Assembly (NCBI GenBank): GCA_963663475.2
Contig: CAXXJV010000001.1
Coordinates: forward strand, 1,888,001 to 1,952,000
Origin: Candidatus Cloacimonadales bacterium
GTDB lineage: Bacteria > Cloacimonadota > Cloacimonadia > Cloacimonadales > JAFGVF01
Direction: 5' to 3'
Length of the DNA stretch: 64,000 bases
Shown piece after piece: positions 10,486 through 20,467 of this stretch. The stretch's first letter is position 1. Each line of letters starts with the position of its first letter. The notes under the pieces are model-generated. The model ran no database searches. It was not told the origin of the DNA and worked only from the letters and a program-made list of their open reading frames with translations. Made by a program: the position numbers and the translations under genes.

Positions 10486-13400
10486 CTATATTTTACTATT
10501 ATTTATAATTTTTAGAAATTTTATTAATATTTCTATTGCTGTATCAAGAAGTGTAGCATGGGCAGCTCTCCTTAAGTCTATATAAAGAGAAAGAGATTCT
10601 GTGTCATCAACCTTAATCGGGTGGGTAATTTCTTTAATTAATCCTTTTATTTTAGAAGCTTTAGGTCTAATCTGTTTAGGGTATTCCATTACTAATTTCT
10701 TATTTTTAATTTGGCAAGAACTAAGACCAATCTGCTCAGCAATAAATCTCATTTCAAAGTACTGAATTGCTTGTAGGGCCTCTTTAGGCATTTTACCAAA
10801 TCTATCAACTAATTCTTCTTTAATCTCTTCAAAGGCTTCTACACTAGTAAGTTCTTTCATCCTGCGGTAGAGGTTGATTCTTTCTTTTTCATCGGCAATA
10901 TAAGACTCAGGGAAGTAGAAATCGACTCTAATTTTTAAAGCTTCCAAGTTTTCTCGCTTCTCATTATCATCAAAGAGTTTACTGCTATTCTTATCAATAT
11001 TACTCATAGCCTCTCTGAGAAGTCTATTATAGTAATTAAAACCAACTGATTTGATAGTTCCTGATTGCTTAGTCCCTAATAAACTACCTGCACCTCTAAT
11101 TTCTAAATCTCGCAGGGCTATTTGGTAACCGGCTCCTAAGTAGTCATATTCGGTTAGGGCATTTAGTCTCTCTCTTGCTTCAAAAGAAACAGATTCAGGT
11201 ATTAAGAAATAAGCATAAGCTCGCCTACTCCCTCTCCCAACTCTTCCTCTGATTTGATATAGTTGGGCTAAACCAAAAGTATCGGCCCGATTAACAATCA
11301 TAGTATTTGCATTAGGAATATCGATACCATTCTCGATAATGGTAGTTGAGATTAAAACATCAAACTTATGGTGATAAAAATCAATAATTAGAGATTCAAG
11401 TTCTTTACCAGACATTTGACCATGTCCAATTCTAAATCTTACCCTAGGTAGTAAAGCCTCTAAACGAGAAGCAAGTGTCTTGATTGTTGTTACCCTATTG
11501 TGTAAGAAAAAACACTGGCCTCCTCGATCAACTTCCCTCTGAATAGCATCTTTTATAACCTCTTCATCATAAGCTGATACCATAGTCCTTACTGGTAGTC
11601 TATCCTTGGGTGATGTCTTGATTAAAGAAATGTCTTTAAGCTTTGAAAGAGCCATACTCAAGGTTCTTGGAATAGGGGTAGCAGACATATAAAGCGTATC
11701 AACATTAGCTTTGATTTGTCTAATTTTTTCTTTTTGCCTTACTCCAAACCTATGTTCTTCATCAACAACTAGGAGACCTAATCTTTTAAATGAAACATCC
11801 TTAGATAATAATCTATGGGTTCCAATTGCAATATCTACTGAACCTTCCGAAATATCAATAACATCTTGCTTTAGTTTAGCAGGACTTCTAAATCTGGACA
11901 ACATGGCTATTTTTACAGGATATTGGGCTAATCTTTCTCTAAAGACCATATAATGCTGTTCTGCAAGCAGGGTTGTTGGTACTAAAACAGCTACTTGATA
12001 ACCACTCATTACTGCCTTAAAGCAGGCCCTAATCGCTACTTCAGTTTTGCCAAAGCCTACATCTCCACATAATAGTCTTTCCATACTTGTAGGAGATTCC
12101 ATATCAGCCTTAATTTCTGCAGTAGTGGTAAGTTGGTCAGCAGTCTCATCGTACAAGAAAGATTCTTCCATTTCCAGTTGCCAAGGACTATCAGGTTCAT
12201 GAGAGACACCCACCCTCATCTTTCTTTCAGCATAAAGATTTACTATGTCTTGGGCTATGACCTCAATCTGTGATTTAGCCTTTTTCTTTTGGTTGCCCCA
12301 CTGCTTTGATCCTATCTTATGAACCTTTGGTTCCGCTCCCTCATCTGCAATATATTTACTAATTAACTGAATCTGGAAGGTGGGAACATAAATCTTGTCT
12401 CCACCAGCATAATTAATCACTAAACATTCTATTTGATTGCCGTCAATTGGCATTTTTTGGAGTCCTTCGAAGATCCCTATACCATGGTCTATATGCACAA
12501 CATAATCACCCTTATTCAAGGAATCATAATCTACTAAGGATTCTTTTTTAGAGAAACGAGATTTATATTTTTTGTTCTCATAGCGATTATAAATGTCATG
12601 ATCTGTATAAAGTGCTAATTTTGCTTCAGGTAGGATAAAACCTCTGCTCAAAACTCCGATAGTAAAATCTATCTTATTCTCTTTGTCAGAAAGGAGCTCT
12701 TTCATTCTATTACTTTGACTTTGATTATCTGATTGGACAATGATTCTATAACCCTTGTCTATATATTCTTGTAAGTTTTCTTCAAATTTAGCAAAATCAG
12801 CATTAAATTTGTCAATATTAAGATAAGTGAAGGATGATACTTGATCTGCTTCAGGAATAGTTTGCTGACTATTTTGCAAGAAAATTGATTGATAAGACTT
12901 AAGCTTATCTTTTATATAATCATAATCTTGGAAGAGCAAACTTGGAGATGCTAGCACTTGATCTTTATTCTTAGCTTGTTTTCTTATAAAGAGCTGATTT
13001 GCTTCATTGAAAATCTCAATCGTATCACCTTTAACATATTGGAATTCATCCCAGAAAAGTAATAAATCATTGCTAAAATAATCTAATAATGTTTGAGTGT
13101 TTTCATACAAAAGAGCTACATCCTGTTCAATACCTTGATAAAAACCCTCCTCAGCAATTTTACCCATTAGAGGAGAATTTGCCTTTACATCATGCAAGGA
13201 AACCTCACGAACAGGGAGAATTAAGGCATTACTTATTTTTAACTTTTCTGATTTCTGTGTCTGAGGTGAAAAAAACCTTAATGTTTCAATCTCATCACCA
13301 AAGAATTCTGCCCTTAAAGGAAGGGAATGATTAGGGGAATAAACATCAATTATTCCACCCCTTTTGGAGGCTTGGCCAACTTTCCCTACTTGGAAATCAA

Positions 13401-13896
13401 TATTGTAGCCTAAACCTGATAACTCAGAGATCAAAATCTCTGGGTCATACTCATGGCCTACACTTAACTTTTTAATGTTCTTAAATAAGAGGGAAGCAGG
13501 GATTAGATTTCTTAATAAAGTCCTAATTGAACATACATAAACACAGGCTTGCTGGGAAGAGAGGATTCGTGATAAAGCCCTTATTCTTAAAGCTCTTATG
13601 TTAGCATGGGGAGACCTATCTTCATAAGGTAAAACTTCATAGTCTGGAATAAACTCAACTTCATCAATTGATAATAAGACTTCTAAATTTGCCTGGAAAT
13701 CTTCAGCTAATCTATCATCAGCTACAATGACTAGAATACTCTTATTCTCCCTTCTAAAAGTGCTTGCAACCAAAAGAGACTTTAAGGATAAATTAAGATT
13801 TGCTACTTGTAACTTCTTTTTATTCTTTATTGCCAGGCTAATATCTTTACTAGTACTTGTTGCCTCTAAAAAAGGTTGAATTTTATTGTAAAACAT
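10486..13896 (-). CDS. mfd: transcription-repair coupling factor
   Basis: UvrB-like N-terminus, CarD-like GDYVVHIDHGIG, CGDVGFGKTEVA, DEEH, SATPIPRTL, QIRGRVGR, TRCF C-terminus. Confidence 0.98.
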   Translation of the reverse strand: MFYNKIQPFLEATSTSKDISLAIKNKKKLQVANLNLSLKSLLVASTFRRENKSILVIVADDRLAEDFQANLEVLLSIDEVEFIPDYEVLPYEDRSPHANIRALRIRALSRILSSQQACVYVCSIRTLLRNLIPASLLFKNIKKLSVGHEYDPEILISELSGLGYNIDFQVGKVGQASKRGGIIDVYSPNHSLPLRAEFFGDEIETLRFFSPQTQKSEKLKISNALILPVREVSLHDVKANSPLMGKIAEEGFYQGIEQDVALLYENTQTLLDYFSNDLLLFWDEFQYVKGDTIEIFNEANQLFIRKQAKNKDQVLASPSLLFQDYDYIKDKLKSYQSIFLQNSQQTIPEADQVSSFTYLNIDKFNADFAKFEENLQEYIDKGYRIIVQSDNQSQSNRMKELLSDKENKIDFTIGVLSRGFILPEAKLALYTDHDIYNRYENKKYKSRFSKKESLVDYDSLNKGDYVVHIDHGIGIFEGLQKMPIDGNQIECLVINYAGGDKIYVPTFQIQLISKYIADEGAEPKVHKIGSKQWGNQKKKAKSQIEVIAQDIVNLYAERKMRVGVSHEPDSPWQLEMEESFLYDETADQLTTTAEIKADMESPTSMERLLCGDVGFGKTEVAIRACFKAVMSGYQVAVLVPTTLLAEQHYMVFRERLAQYPVKIAMLSRFRSPAKLKQDVIDISEGSVDIAIGTHRLLSKDVSFKRLGLLVVDEEHRFGVRQKEKIRQIKANVDTLYMSATPIPRTLSMALSKLKDISLIKTSPKDRLPVRTMVSAYDEEVIKDAIQREVDRGGQCFFLHNRVTTIKTLASRLEALLPRVRFRIGHGQMSGKELESLIIDFYHHKFDVLISTTIIENGIDIPNANTMIVNRADTFGLAQLYQIRGRVGRGSRRAYAYFLIPESVSFEARERLNALTEYDYLGAGYQIALRDLEIRGAGSLLGTKQSGTIKSVGFNYYNRLLREAMSNIDKNSSKLFDDNEKRENLEALKIRVDFYFPESYIADEKERINLYRRMKELTSVEAFEEIKEELVDRFGKMPKEALQAIQYFEMRFIAEQIGLSSCQIKNKKLVMEYPKQIRPKASKIKGLIKEITHPIKVDDTESLSLYIDLRRAAHATLLDTAIEILIKFLKIINNSKI

Positions 13897-13976
13897 CTGA
13901 TCTCCATCTCCGATTTAATTTAGGTAATAAATATTTTCTAACATTAACTGTCAAGTATTTGCTCATGTATTTAACT

Positions 13977-14319
13977 TTTAACCCAATAATTCAGTAGATA
14001 TTAGAGAATAGCAGAATATTCTTTTGCAAAAAGAAGATAGCACTATTCGCAAAGTTCTACTGTACCATTTGGGTTAAATGGCAAGATACTCTTCAAAAAT
14101 TAAGTTGGCCTCTTACTCTAACTCCTCTGGATAAAGAAAAAATAGTGCTAATTTTTTACTTAGAAATCACCTTATCATCCTTCACCCTTCCTTTACACTC
14201 TTTCGATGAAAGTCGGACTTTCATCGAAAGAGTGTAAAGGAAGGATTAATCATGAAAGAGGAGTCAGCAATCTTTACTTTGGATAATTTTTTTCTATTCT
14301 ACTGAACTATTGGATTAAA
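13977..14319. repeat. MITE/REP-like composite palindromic element
   Basis: Terminal inverted repeats 13977-13998 / 14298-14319 (20/22 match), an internal inverted copy at ~14051-14077, and a perfect 29-bp hairpin at 14186-14244. Confidence 0.7.
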
Positions 14320-14437
14320 TTCTAATGCCTCACCTTGGTGAAGAATACTAAATAAAAAAGAAAAAAACGACAATATAAATAAAAAAATTTTGTTCGAACT
14401 CAAGAATTTATTAATATATCTGGAAGAGGAAAATTAG

Positions 14438-16264
14438 ATGAAAGAGCTAAACCAAGAGAATGATTACCAGTCAGCATGTTACGATAAATTTACTTTGAGA
14501 TTTAAAGATGAGAAAATACAAGAGGCTTTTAAACAAGCAAATGTTCAATCATTTATTCAAAATGGTAGAGTAGCTCTTATTGTCTCTATCTTCATTTATC
14601 TAATCTTCGGAATCACAGACTTTTTTATAATACCTGATATTTTTTTTCAGGCAATAATTCTCAGGTTGTCTATAGGGGCTGTTTTAGGAATAGGTTCTTT
14701 CATCTTATCTTATTTTGATTTGTTCAATGAATATGGTGATAAAATCATTGGATTTACGGTTTTAATGGCTGGTATGTCAATTCTTTATATGCTTATTAAT
14801 AGCAGTAGTGATTTAAAGAATTATTATTTCTTTGGTTTCTATATAGTTGTACTAGTATCTAATGTCTTCTTCCGGCAATCATTTTTAAATTGCTTACTTT
14901 GGTCTATATTTTTTAGTTTAGGATTTGAATATACCGTTTTTCATGTTTTTGGATATTCTTATCTAAACTTGTTAAATCATTGGTATTTCTATTCAGCTCT
15001 AATAATGTTATTGGTTAATTCTTACAATTCAGAGAAGCATAGGATAAATGATTTCTTACTTAGAAGGGAAATTAGCTGGCATAATGATAATCTAAAGCAA
15101 AATAACACTATCCTAGATGAGGCGGTTAATCAAAAAACTCATGAGTTACAAATGGCTTATCAAAGAGAAAAGAAGGCAAACTCTTTACAACATACTTTCT
15201 TAATGAATATCTCGCATCAGGTAAGAACACCACTCAACACAATAATTGGTGTATCTGATCAAAATTACCTCGTCGATGATATTGCTAGTATTAAAAAAGA
15301 AATCCTTCAAATAAATGAAAGTGGAAAAGAACTTCTTAGAATAGTTGATGATATTGCTTTATATTCAAAGATTGAAGCTGGCTCATTGAAAATCATCAAT
15401 AGTGATTTTAACTTAAACTCCCTCTTTCTTAAAGTAGTAAGTTTCTTTAATGAAATTAATAAAAAGCAGATATCCTTAAAAATTACTCCTGTTTTACAAA
15501 ATGAATATGTAATCTGTTCTGATTTTGATAAACTTTTAACAATCTTACAAAGTCTTGTTTATGGAGCTTACATTAGATCAAGTAATGAGGATATCTTAAT
15601 AAATTATAAAATAAAAAATGAAAATAAAATAACTTTTACTGTTGAAGATAAAGGAAAAACTATTTCCAATAACTTTGTTTCTGATATCTTATCTGGCACT
15701 TGGATAGAGAAAAATAAAATGGTCTATACTGCTGGTTTTGGACTTGCCTTAACTCATGAATTAAGTAGTTTCTTTGGTAGGGGGTTTGAGATATCCAATA
15801 AAGAAGATTATACTTCAATTTCCTTTGAAGTAAATGCTAGAATAAGTATTGGTGAGAAAAAGCATCCTGCTCCAAGAGAAAATAAAAATCTGAATTTAAC
15901 AGGCATAAAGATCTTGGTAGTTGAAGATATCAAAATTAACTTTTCTATAATTAAAAAAATATTAGTAAAAAGGGGAGCTGAGGTTGACTGGGCTCAAGAT
16001 GGACTTATAGCTTTAGAAAAAATATCTCAAGTTAAGGATTATGACCTAATCCTAATGGATATTCAAATGCCAAATATGAATGGGATTGAAGCAACCCAGA
16101 AGATTAGATCATTAGGGATAAAAACTCCTGTAATTGCCCAAACAGCTAATATCCTCGCAGACGATAAAGATATTTGCCTAAGAGCTGGATGTGATAGCTA
16201 TCTGGGTAAACCAATTAATGCCCAAGAACTCCTAGATAATATTGCTCAATATGTTTTTGAATAA
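14438..16264 (+). CDS. membrane hybrid sensor histidine kinase with receiver domain (ATPase motifs degenerate)
   Basis: About 6 TM helices, H-box NISHQVRTPLN, receiver LVVED...LMDIQMP...TA...KP. Confidence 0.88.
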   Translation: MKELNQENDYQSACYDKFTLRFKDEKIQEAFKQANVQSFIQNGRVALIVSIFIYLIFGITDFFIIPDIFFQAIILRLSIGAVLGIGSFILSYFDLFNEYGDKIIGFTVLMAGMSILYMLINSSSDLKNYYFFGFYIVVLVSNVFFRQSFLNCLLWSIFFSLGFEYTVFHVFGYSYLNLLNHWYFYSALIMLLVNSYNSEKHRINDFLLRREISWHNDNLKQNNTILDEAVNQKTHELQMAYQREKKANSLQHTFLMNISHQVRTPLNTIIGVSDQNYLVDDIASIKKEILQINESGKELLRIVDDIALYSKIEAGSLKIINSDFNLNSLFLKVVSFFNEINKKQISLKITPVLQNEYVICSDFDKLLTILQSLVYGAYIRSSNEDILINYKIKNENKITFTVEDKGKTISNNFVSDILSGTWIEKNKMVYTAGFGLALTHELSSFFGRGFEISNKEDYTSISFEVNARISIGEKKHPAPRENKNLNLTGIKILVVEDIKINFSIIKKILVKRGAEVDWAQDGLIALEKISQVKDYDLILMDIQMPNMNGIEATQKIRSLGIKTPVIAQTANILADDKDICLRAGCDSYLGKPINAQELLDNIAQYVFE

Positions 16265-16317
16265 TCCCGAATGGTGTAGAAATGCTATTCTCAAAGTTCT
16301 ACTACACTATCTGGGGT
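16262..16317. repeat. REP-like hairpin of the same family as 13977-14319 and 61868-62100
   Basis: TAATCCCGAATGGTGTAGAA...TTCTACTACACTATCTGGGGT; shares TAATCCCGAATGGTG with 62061 and CAAAGTTCTACT with 14050. Confidence 0.6.
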
Positions 16318-16453
16318 GAACTTGAACCATAATTTAAAGAGTAACTTAGCTAATAAACAAAAATATTAACAAATAACTTGACTTTTTATCCCTTTTGCCT
16401 ATTATGTCTTTGAAAGTTAATTATTCTTGCAATTGTGTACTTGCCAAATTAAT

Positions 16454-17191
<738 letters not shown>

Positions 17192-17267
17192 ATCTGAGTT
17201 TGCTATGTGTTTTGTATATTTTGTAATAAATGGTTATTATTATTTTTAGAAAAAGAGAGTAGGTTGT

Positions 17268-17507
17268 ATGTATTATGTTTATATTTTAAAAAGTATCAAT
17301 TATCCAGATAAATATTATACAGGTTATTCAACCGATTTAAAAAAGAGAATCCAAAAACACAATTATGGAGAAGTACCTTCAACCACAAAATATAAACCTT
17401 GGGAAATGCATTGTTATTTCGCTTTTCCATCCCAAGAAAAAGCAATAGCCTTCGAGAAATACCTTAAAACACATTCAGGACGAGCCTTTGCGTGTAAGCA
17501 TTTTTAA
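17268..17507 (+). CDS. small stand-alone GIY-YIG nuclease (UPF0213/YhbQ-like)
   Basis: YYVYILKS...YYTGYSTDLKKRIQKHN...T.KYKPW...A..FEKYLK. Confidence 0.9.
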   Translation: MYYVYILKSINYPDKYYTGYSTDLKKRIQKHNYGEVPSTTKYKPWEMHCYFAFPSQEKAIAFEKYLKTHSGRAFACKHF

Positions 17508-17532
17508 TAAAAATTTCAATTACTTTAGGTAA

Positions 17533-17808
17533 TTATCTAAATCTAATACCACAGTAACAATAAATAAAAACCTACCAGCCCGTAATCATGGTAGGGGCGT
17601 ATTGCCATACGCCCAAAATAATAATAATTCAGTCTGGCAAAGAAATTATTGGGAACATATCATCAGAACAGAAATAGAATATAACAAAATCACCGAATAT
17701 ATTATTAACAATCCTCTGTGTTGGGATAATGATATATTAAATGGGGGAGATGGGAATGTGGTTTTAGAAGATGAAATAGAGTATAAATTAGAAATATGGA
17801 TGGTATGA
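17533..17808 (+). pseudogene. C-terminal remnant of REP-associated tyrosine transposase (RAYT, Y1 family)
   Basis: WQRNYWEHIIR...YIINNP..W motif; no HUH N-terminal half. Confidence 0.75.
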
Positions 17809-17834
17809 TTGTAGGGGCGAAACATCTTTCGCCC
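17591..17834 (+). repeat. two GTAG-type REP hairpins (17591-17614, 17811-17834)
   Basis: GTAG-GGGCGTAT-tgcc-ATACGCCC and GTAG-GGGCGAAA-catc-TTTCGCCC. Confidence 0.75.
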
Positions 17835-17924
17835 AGAAAGGAAATATTGCAGTCATTTGAGTGCTCTACTCTATCCAAAATCATAAAGTATTAATTATTA
17901 AACAAATAGAAGATTTGAATCTCT

Positions 17925-18046
17925 TAAATTTGTGACACAGGTTTTTCCATACCAATTAGTATGGAAAAAGTGAAGTCACAATTTCCATTACTGCAATAAT
18001 AATCGACTTAAATATCAATATAATAAATACTTAGACGATGTCTCAA
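17925..18046 (+). repeat. putative left end of the Mu-like element
   Basis: TAAATTTGTGACACAGGTTTTTCCAT resembles the reverse complement of the right ends (TAAAAAGTGACACCCAAGTTTTCCAT). ACTTAGACGATGTCTCAA (~18029-18046) is the inverse of TTGAGACGGCGTGTAAGT (45323). Confidence 0.65.
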
Positions 18047-18170
18047 TTATTAATCAGTTTATTAATATTTTTAAGTAAGTAATCTACGTCTCCCTATCAT
18101 TTGCTCTTTAAGACTAATTTTACATTGTACCTAAAAACTGAAAAACTAAGATGTAACTAATTAAATAACA

Positions 18171-18206
18171 AAGCCCATCTGCTGATAAACGATGGGCTCT
18201 TTTTTT
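18171..18206. terminator. intrinsic terminator
   Basis: AGCCCATC...GATGGGCT stem flanked by A and T runs, immediately after the stop of 18210-18866. Confidence 0.6.
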
Positions 18207-18209
18207 GCT

Positions 18210-18866
18210 TTAAATTTTCTGTCCTTCAATAAATTGTTGCTTCTCGTGATATATGTAGGTCCTAATTACTCCATCTGTGTCAATCGAATGATAAAAAGCA
18301 CCTTCTAATAATACATGGTCAGGTAATTTATTAGTTTCAAAACCTAAGTATAAATCCGCTTTTCTAATCCTAAAACTCAACTCATAGAAACCTAACCATA
18401 TAGGACTTGAAGGAGTTTGATGATATACAGGGATATCATCTTTATCATGACAATCATTAAGCATTATAAAGCTATTCTCTGTAATAAATGAGCTAGCAGT
18501 TACTGATGCTATCTTGCAGTTAGTAAGCTTAAAATAATACCTCCCTGGACTAAGGTATAAGTTTGATTCAATTCTGTTTTGTCCAACAACAGTGTCTTTT
18601 ATTAACTCTTCATGAACAAGCTCAGATTTATCATCAAGCAAAGGCAAGTATCTGTAAACTTGAAATAAGGGAGAGCAAACATCTTCAAATTCAGTCTTCC
18701 AATCTACTAACAGAAGAGGTACTTGGATTGTGATTATCAGACCTCCATTAATATGATTGAAGTCAGGTTTGGAAGGTAAAGGCTCTCCTAATATATAGTC
18801 ATAAGTTTGAGATTCAAGGGAGTAGTTTAACTTACAATCTTGATTTTGAGTAAGTTTTTGCCACAT
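18210..18866 (-). CDS. prophage distal hypothetical protein
   Basis: Last gene of a tightly coupled minus-strand run next to the element end; no recognised motif. Confidence 0.55.
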   Translation of the reverse strand: MWQKLTQNQDCKLNYSLESQTYDYILGEPLPSKPDFNHINGGLIITIQVPLLLVDWKTEFEDVCSPLFQVYRYLPLLDDKSELVHEELIKDTVVGQNRIESNLYLSPGRYYFKLTNCKIASVTASSFITENSFIMLNDCHDKDDIPVYHQTPSSPIWLGFYELSFRIRKADLYLGFETNKLPDHVLLEGAFYHSIDTDGVIRTYIYHEKQQFIEGQKI

Positions 18867-18869
18867 AAA

Positions 18870-19388
18870 TTAGTTATCCTTCCATACATAAATTGCACCA
18901 CCAAGCTTAACCATTTGACCTGCAGAACCACTTGTAGGTAACTCAGATACCTCTTTTATTATGTTAGATGTATCTAAGCCTGTATCGGTAATGTTCTCTA
19001 TTGTTAATTCAGCTAAAATCATTGCTGAAGTTTTATCTTCAACTTTTGGTAATCCAACATCAGATTTTGTTATAGATATGTTACCTGATAATGCTTTACC
19101 ATTAACAGTTGTGCTTGTTTCTACTTTCTTATCAAGTGCTGTTGATAAACCATTTATTTTACTTTGTTCCAGGGTTGGAATTCTACTAGTTGAGAATGCT
19201 CCCGAAGTAATCTTAGATGCATCAAGATTAGGAATATTACTATTTGATATTAAACCTGTAATCTTAGTTGAAGGAATAGCTGGGATTTGAATACTTTTTA
19301 AAAGTCCAGAGCTATCTAACTCAGCAATACCACCTGCAACTCCAAGTTTACTTGAGTCTAATATTTCAGTCCAGGACCCAGCCATCAC
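18870..19388 (-). CDS. phage tail-fibre/spike-like repeat protein
   Basis: GVAGGIAELDSSG, IPNLDASKITSG repeats, TVNGKALSGNISITKSDVGL..V - motifs typical of tail fibres. Confidence 0.7.
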   Translation of the reverse strand: MMAGSWTEILDSSKLGVAGGIAELDSSGLLKSIQIPAIPSTKITGLISNSNIPNLDASKITSGAFSTSRIPTLEQSKINGLSTALDKKVETSTTVNGKALSGNISITKSDVGLPKVEDKTSAMILAELTIENITDTGLDTSNIIKEVSELPTSGSAGQMVKLGGAIYVWKDN

Positions 19389-19546
19389 TTGCCTTCTTCA
19401 GTTAACTTCTCGAGATGTTGGATCATAAGAAGTGCTCCTTCAGTTTTAAGGAGTTTTTCTTTTGTTTCATTTATGGTTCTGACAAGCTTTTGGTGTTCTT
19501 GAGTGAGTTCTAATTTCTGAGTTTGAAGTAGTTCTTTAAAAGTCAT
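19385..19546 (-). CDS. 53-aa coiled-coil phage protein (not in ORF track)
   Basis: MTFKELLQTQKLELTQEHQKLVRTINETKEKLLKTEGALLMIQHLEKLTEEGK*; AAGGAG RBS; start/stop overlaps with both neighbours. Confidence 0.65.
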   Translation of the reverse strand: MTFKELLQTQKLELTQEHQKLVRTINETKEKLLKTEGALLMIQHLEKLTEEGK

Positions 19547-19785
19547 GGGTTCTCCTTATAAATATATGTTTTACCGTTCTTTATAAATATCTGACCATCT
19601 CTTGCAGAGCTTGGAAATTCATCTCCTGAGAGGATAAGATTCTGGTCATAGATTCCTAAATCTTCTTTCTCATCAACAGTTGAATAGATAGGCTTTATGA
19701 AAGCAATATCCTTATCAGTTGAGATGGTTGGTTTAGTCTTTTTGTTGATTAAATCAAAAAGGCTGTTGTCTCTAATTGAGCTCAT
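19543..19785 (-). CDS. small phage distal/tail-region protein
   Basis: Coupled by a TAATG overlap; ILSGDEFPSSARDGQIFIK motif; partial second copy at 45412-45521. Confidence 0.6.
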   Translation of the reverse strand: MSSIRDNSLFDLINKKTKPTISTDKDIAFIKPIYSTVDEKEDLGIYDQNLILSGDEFPSSARDGQIFIKNGKTYIYKENP

Positions 19786-20027
19786 TATCTTAACTCAGCT
19801 ACTTTCTGGGCTAATGTGTTTGATGAATGAAGTACATTAGCTAGTGCTTGCAAGGCATCAGCATCTTGAGCAAAGGCATCTATGATATTACCAATAGTTA
19901 ACTTCTCTTCAATAGTTGTAAGTCTATCTTCTACAGGAGTATTAATATGCTTGAATTCATGGGCATAAACCGTCGTTTGACTGCTTTGGTCTGATATAGT
20001 AGTAACAACTACTTCAACAGTTTCACC
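19785..20027 (-). pseudogene. 3' fragment of a phage late gene, truncated at cargo boundary
   Basis: Open frame GETVEVVVTT...LAQKVAELR* with no start codon, coupled to the next gene. Confidence 0.55.
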
Positions 20028-20059
20028 TCAGAAATACCCTCTAATGAATTTTCATTAAT

Positions 20060-20361
20060 AAAGATATAACAAACCATAGAAAGAGCTGTAGATAGATAAA
20101 AGATTATCATAGAATTGGAACCTTGTGGGAACATGGAATAACTGATTTGCATGATATTTCAAATTTATCGATATTATCAAAAAGGCTCATCACCCAATAT
20201 ATTGACATTCTACCAGAAAAAAGTTAAAAATATTATTGGCAAAGAGAAACTTGCTTATTCAAGCAAAAATAAATATTATATCTTCAGCTGATGAAACAGA
20301 AACAGGCTCTGCTGGGGAGCAACCTGATAGGAATAATCAGCAAAGAAGTGGTTTAATATAA
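20060..20361 (+). pseudogene. possible DUF1670-like C-terminal remnant
   Basis: Frameshifted TNH...AVDR..KDYHRIGTLWEHG....IS..S.LSKRLITQYIDIL; followed by a hairpin at 20361-20388. Confidence 0.35.
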
Positions 20362-20467
20362 AATGGCACGACTGATGCCGTGCCATTTGTAATTTATTAT
20401 ATCATTTTGTCCATGTTTTAGAAAACCCATTATAGTGGGATCCTGAAGCTCATGGGGTCATATGATA

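Noticed and set aside
17915-17924. Target-site duplication with the flank of right end 3 (AATCTCT vs AATCCTCT)
   Set aside because: Not an exact repeat, and the 5' half of the DUF4097 gene is not present left of 17925.
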